Assembly (NCBI GenBank): GCA_964457905.1
Contig: CAYWGA010000002.1
Location: 3,475-67,474 of the forward strand
DNA: 64,000 nt
Direction of reading: 5' to 3'
Source: an uncultured bacterium
GTDB taxonomy: Bacteria > Krumholzibacteriota > Krumholzibacteriia > Krumholzibacteriales > Krumholzibacteriaceae
Shown: in pieces, positions 61,675 through 64,000 of the stretch
Layout: each line of letters starts with the position of its first letter
Position numbering within the stretch: the stretch's first letter is position 1
The notes under the pieces: model-generated
Database searches by the model: none
Told to the model about the DNA's origin: nothing
Seen by the model: only the letters and a program-made list of their open reading frames with translations
Translations under genes and position numbers: made by a program

Positions 61675-62574
61675 TCACCGCGAAGATGCCGGGGATGAGC
61701 TGGCGGAATTCGAACCGAGCTTCTTGAGCCCTTCTTTCAGCATCTTTTCCGCCTCTTTATCTCTTATTCTCTGGCTTTTCGCCCCGAGCACGACTGCGAT
61801 GACCCTGTGATCTTCATCGACCGCGGTAGCCGCGATGGAAAATCCGGCTGCCCAGAAAAATCCGGTCTTGAGCCCGTCACATCCCTCCATCGTTTTGAGC
61901 AGATTGTTGTGGTTCTCCATGAGGAAGGGCTCGGCCGCCTCTGTCCTGAAGGGACGCCGCCAGGTGGATGTATATCTCAACGCATCGGGCTTCTTCAGAA
62001 GCTCACGGCACAGCTTCGCGATATCACGCGGAGAAGAGACGTCGGGCAGCTGCCCCCTGCCCGGGGGGAGACCGTGCACCGAGTGGAAGACCGTATCCTT
62101 CATCCCTATCCTTTGCGCGCGCTTGTTCATCAGATCTACGAACACCTCTTTGCTGCCCATATAATGTATCGCAAGCGCCACAGCCGCATCATTCGCAGAC
62201 TGGACCATCAGCGCATACAACATCTCATCGACGGGAAACACTTCATTATCCTTTAGGTATACTTGGGATCCACCGATCGTGGATGACTTTGCCGTCACCC
62301 TGACCGGGTCATGGAGAGTCAGATGGTCGGCGTCGACCGCATCAAGGATCAGGAGCAGCACCATCAGTTTCGTGACGCTTGCCGGGTAAGCCCTGGCATC
62401 GGGCTCATCCTCGAAAAGCACATCTCCGGACGCCGCATCGATCACTATGGCGCCCGCATAAGGATCCCTTGACATAATATCCATTGATGCCGCTGAGCCT
62501 GAAACACATGCCAGCACCAGGATGACACCTGTAGTGAGCAGGGTCTTGTTAAGTTTCATATATCTTTCCATCAT
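61675..62574 (-). CDS. D-alanyl-D-alanine carboxypeptidase (S11, PBP5/6-like)
   Basis: SxxK ASVTK, SxN SANDAA, signal peptide, 299 aa. Confidence 0.75.
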   Translation of the reverse strand: MMERYMKLNKTLLTTGVILVLACVSGSAASMDIMSRDPYAGAIVIDAASGDVLFEDEPDARAYPASVTKLMVLLLILDAVDADHLTLHDPVRVTAKSSTIGGSQVYLKDNEVFPVDEMLYALMVQSANDAAVALAIHYMGSKEVFVDLMNKRAQRIGMKDTVFHSVHGLPPGRGQLPDVSSPRDIAKLCRELLKKPDALRYTSTWRRPFRTEAAEPFLMENHNNLLKTMEGCDGLKTGFFWAAGFSIAATAVDEDHRVIAVVLGAKSQRIRDKEAEKMLKEGLKKLGSNSASSSPASSR

Positions 62575-62700
62575 TCCTCTGTCCGGCGTACTGTAAAGCG
62601 GCGAAAGTATATGATACGGCCTCGTCGAGCGTCAATGATTAGCTCTGTGCCGGGGATGATAACGAGGGCAGCCTGCAGATACCGGATCACTGCTGGGGGG

Positions 62701-62860
62701 CGCTGTTCAAAGGTTCCATATATAGAATTGGCTCCCCATAGTAAACTTTATTAGAACTGCCTGAATATAGAGTTGTCTCCCATAGTGGACAGCTTTAGAA
62801 CTGCTCGAGTATAATATTGGCTCCCGATTATGCTCTGGGAAGGGTTCCATCAACTATTTT
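62701..62860. repeat. Tandem array of ~2.5 imperfect ~50-bp units carrying TTGGCTCC(C)CATAGT...TTAGAACTGC
   Basis: Units begin near 62701 (GGTTCCATATATAGAATTGGCTCCCCATAGTAAACTTTATTAGAACTGCC), 62752 (...TTGTCTCCCATAGTGGACAGCTTTAGAACTGC) and 62806 (TTGGCTCCCGATTATGC...GGTTCCATCAAC). Confidence 0.55.
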
Positions 62861-62989
62861 TAGAAGCATTTTAGACACCAGAGTCTCAACTTTCAAAGTG
62901 TCCTGATTACAGCAAAGCTTGCGCACCCATATAGATTCGTACATCGCTGTTCCAGTCAGGTTGATTAATTGTTAGGGGATTAGCCTGAC

Positions 62990-63976
62990 TTATTCTACTT
63001 TTGATGGAGTTAGATTTCTTTCTGTTCTGTTAAGTGCAATTTCAGCTATTCTATGTATTGTTTCCTGATAAGTAATATTAGTATTGATAAAACATGTCCT
63101 TGTAAAATAACTGCAATCTATATCTCTGGGACGCTGTGTCATTCCGGGAACCAGATTTGCTTCAAGAAAATACGGGCATTTATGATCATCCATTAGAATA
63201 TCAATTCTGCCGTAATCTCTCGCACCTAAAGCGATAAAAGCATTTTTAGCGATTGCAACAACACTTTCATATATATCTTTATCATCTATTGCAATTACCT
63301 TTTCTTTATTTTCACTTTTTGTTTTATAGCCAAGAATATTATTGGCTGATTTATTATCCGAAACAATTATTTCTACTGGCATGGTTATTGGTTCACCATT
63401 CGAATCTGAACCTAGTATTGAAACTGTAAATTCTCTCCCACTTATATAATTTTCCACTAAAGCTGATTGTTTAAATAAAGTGCAAATATTATGAATTTTC
63501 TCTTGATAACTTTCAAAATCATAAACCACGGAATCACTTCCAATGCCTTTACTATCACCTTCACGCAGGGGTTTGATAAATAAAGGAAATTTGACAGGAA
63601 GTTCATTAGCACTTTTGTACATGCCGGGGTTGGCAACAAAAAAGGAAGGTGTGTTTATTCCAAATTCTTTTACTCGCATTTTCGCTTCATTTTTACTGAA
63701 TTCTAATTCAATGGCATCTTTGCCTGAACCAGTATAATTTATATCAGCTTCTTCCATATATTCTGATATCCATATTTTATCTTCTCGGTTTTTATTTATT
63801 TCACCTCCATTAAATATTACATATTTAATTCCGGTGAATATTAAATCAGGTTTCCTAAAAACAATATTATTCAGATCTGATATTGTTCTAACGATATTAA
63901 AATTGACATGAGTATATTTTTCAATTAAAGCATTGTAAACACTTCTACAGTTTTCTACAGAACCGAACCCCATCAT
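62990..63976 (-). CDS. D-alanine-D-alanine-ligase-family ATP-grasp enzyme in ~33% GC DNA; may extend 5' beyond the window
   Basis: DINYTGSG...AKMRVKEFGINTPSF, ENYISGREFTVSILG and GARDYGRIDILMDD...YFLEANLVPGMT align with Ddl ATP-grasp motifs. The reading frame is still open upstream of the ATG at the window edge. Confidence 0.6.
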   Translation of the reverse strand: MMGFGSVENCRSVYNALIEKYTHVNFNIVRTISDLNNIVFRKPDLIFTGIKYVIFNGGEINKNREDKIWISEYMEEADINYTGSGKDAIELEFSKNEAKMRVKEFGINTPSFFVANPGMYKSANELPVKFPLFIKPLREGDSKGIGSDSVVYDFESYQEKIHNICTLFKQSALVENYISGREFTVSILGSDSNGEPITMPVEIIVSDNKSANNILGYKTKSENKEKVIAIDDKDIYESVVAIAKNAFIALGARDYGRIDILMDDHKCPYFLEANLVPGMTQRPRDIDCSYFTRTCFINTNITYQETIHRIAEIALNRTERNLTPSKVE

Positions 63977-64000
63977 GGCTAAATCAGCAATATCGGTTGC

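Noticed and set aside
62954-62990. attC-like site (AGTCAGG...GTTAGGG...CCTGACT) after the Ddl-like gene
   Set aside because: The core-like GTTAGGG does not satisfy GTTRRRY, and I cannot verify the extrahelical-base structure without folding. Described only as an inverted repeat within the island finding.

Overview
This 64 kb window is a high-GC (~58%) contig from a Gram-negative-type bacterium, read from sequence alone without tools. Several encoded proteins end in a type IX secretion C-terminal sorting motif or a beta-barrel C-terminal Phe, which suggests the FCB superphylum or a related candidate phylum. Most of the window is core chromosome. Confident calls are two glutamate dehydrogenases of different families, class III anaerobic ribonucleotide reductase NrdD/NrdG behind a cobalamin riboswitch, glycogen phosphorylase, GlnS, TypA/BipA, Ogt, CrcB, and an MdtABC-like efflux locus (membrane-fusion adaptor plus two tandem AcrB-like pumps). 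The most unusual system is a sigma-54 regulon. A XylR/V4R-type enhancer-binding protein is flanked by two exact TGGCAC-N5-TTGC promoters. One promoter drives an operon of an Nox/CoADR-like flavoprotein, a GDH, and two tandem paralogous PEP/pyruvate-binding (PPDK_N, ATP-grasp-like) proteins. The distal paralog carries a C-terminal Pol-beta-type nucleotidyltransferase, an architecture I do not recognise from any characterised enzyme. Other notable items are listed here. (1) Two tandem giant secreted tail-fibre-like repeat proteins share a near-identical internal segment and a C-terminal coiled coil, with a T9SS-sorted FN3 protein between them. (2) A 3.5x internally repeated secreted protein is translationally coupled to the RND pumps. 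(3) A 29-codon lysine-rich micro-ORF with a strong RBS sits in an unusually long convergent intergenic region. (4) At the 3' end of the window, a drop to ~33-42% GC holds four co-oriented genes (two-module VOC protein, small hypothetical, S11 DD-carboxypeptidase, Ddl-like ATP-grasp ligase) separated by a recurring ~30-50 bp TTGGCTCC-containing repeat. This resembles a cassette-like horizontally acquired island. Many long antisense ORFs in the six-frame track are high-GC artefacts and were rejected.
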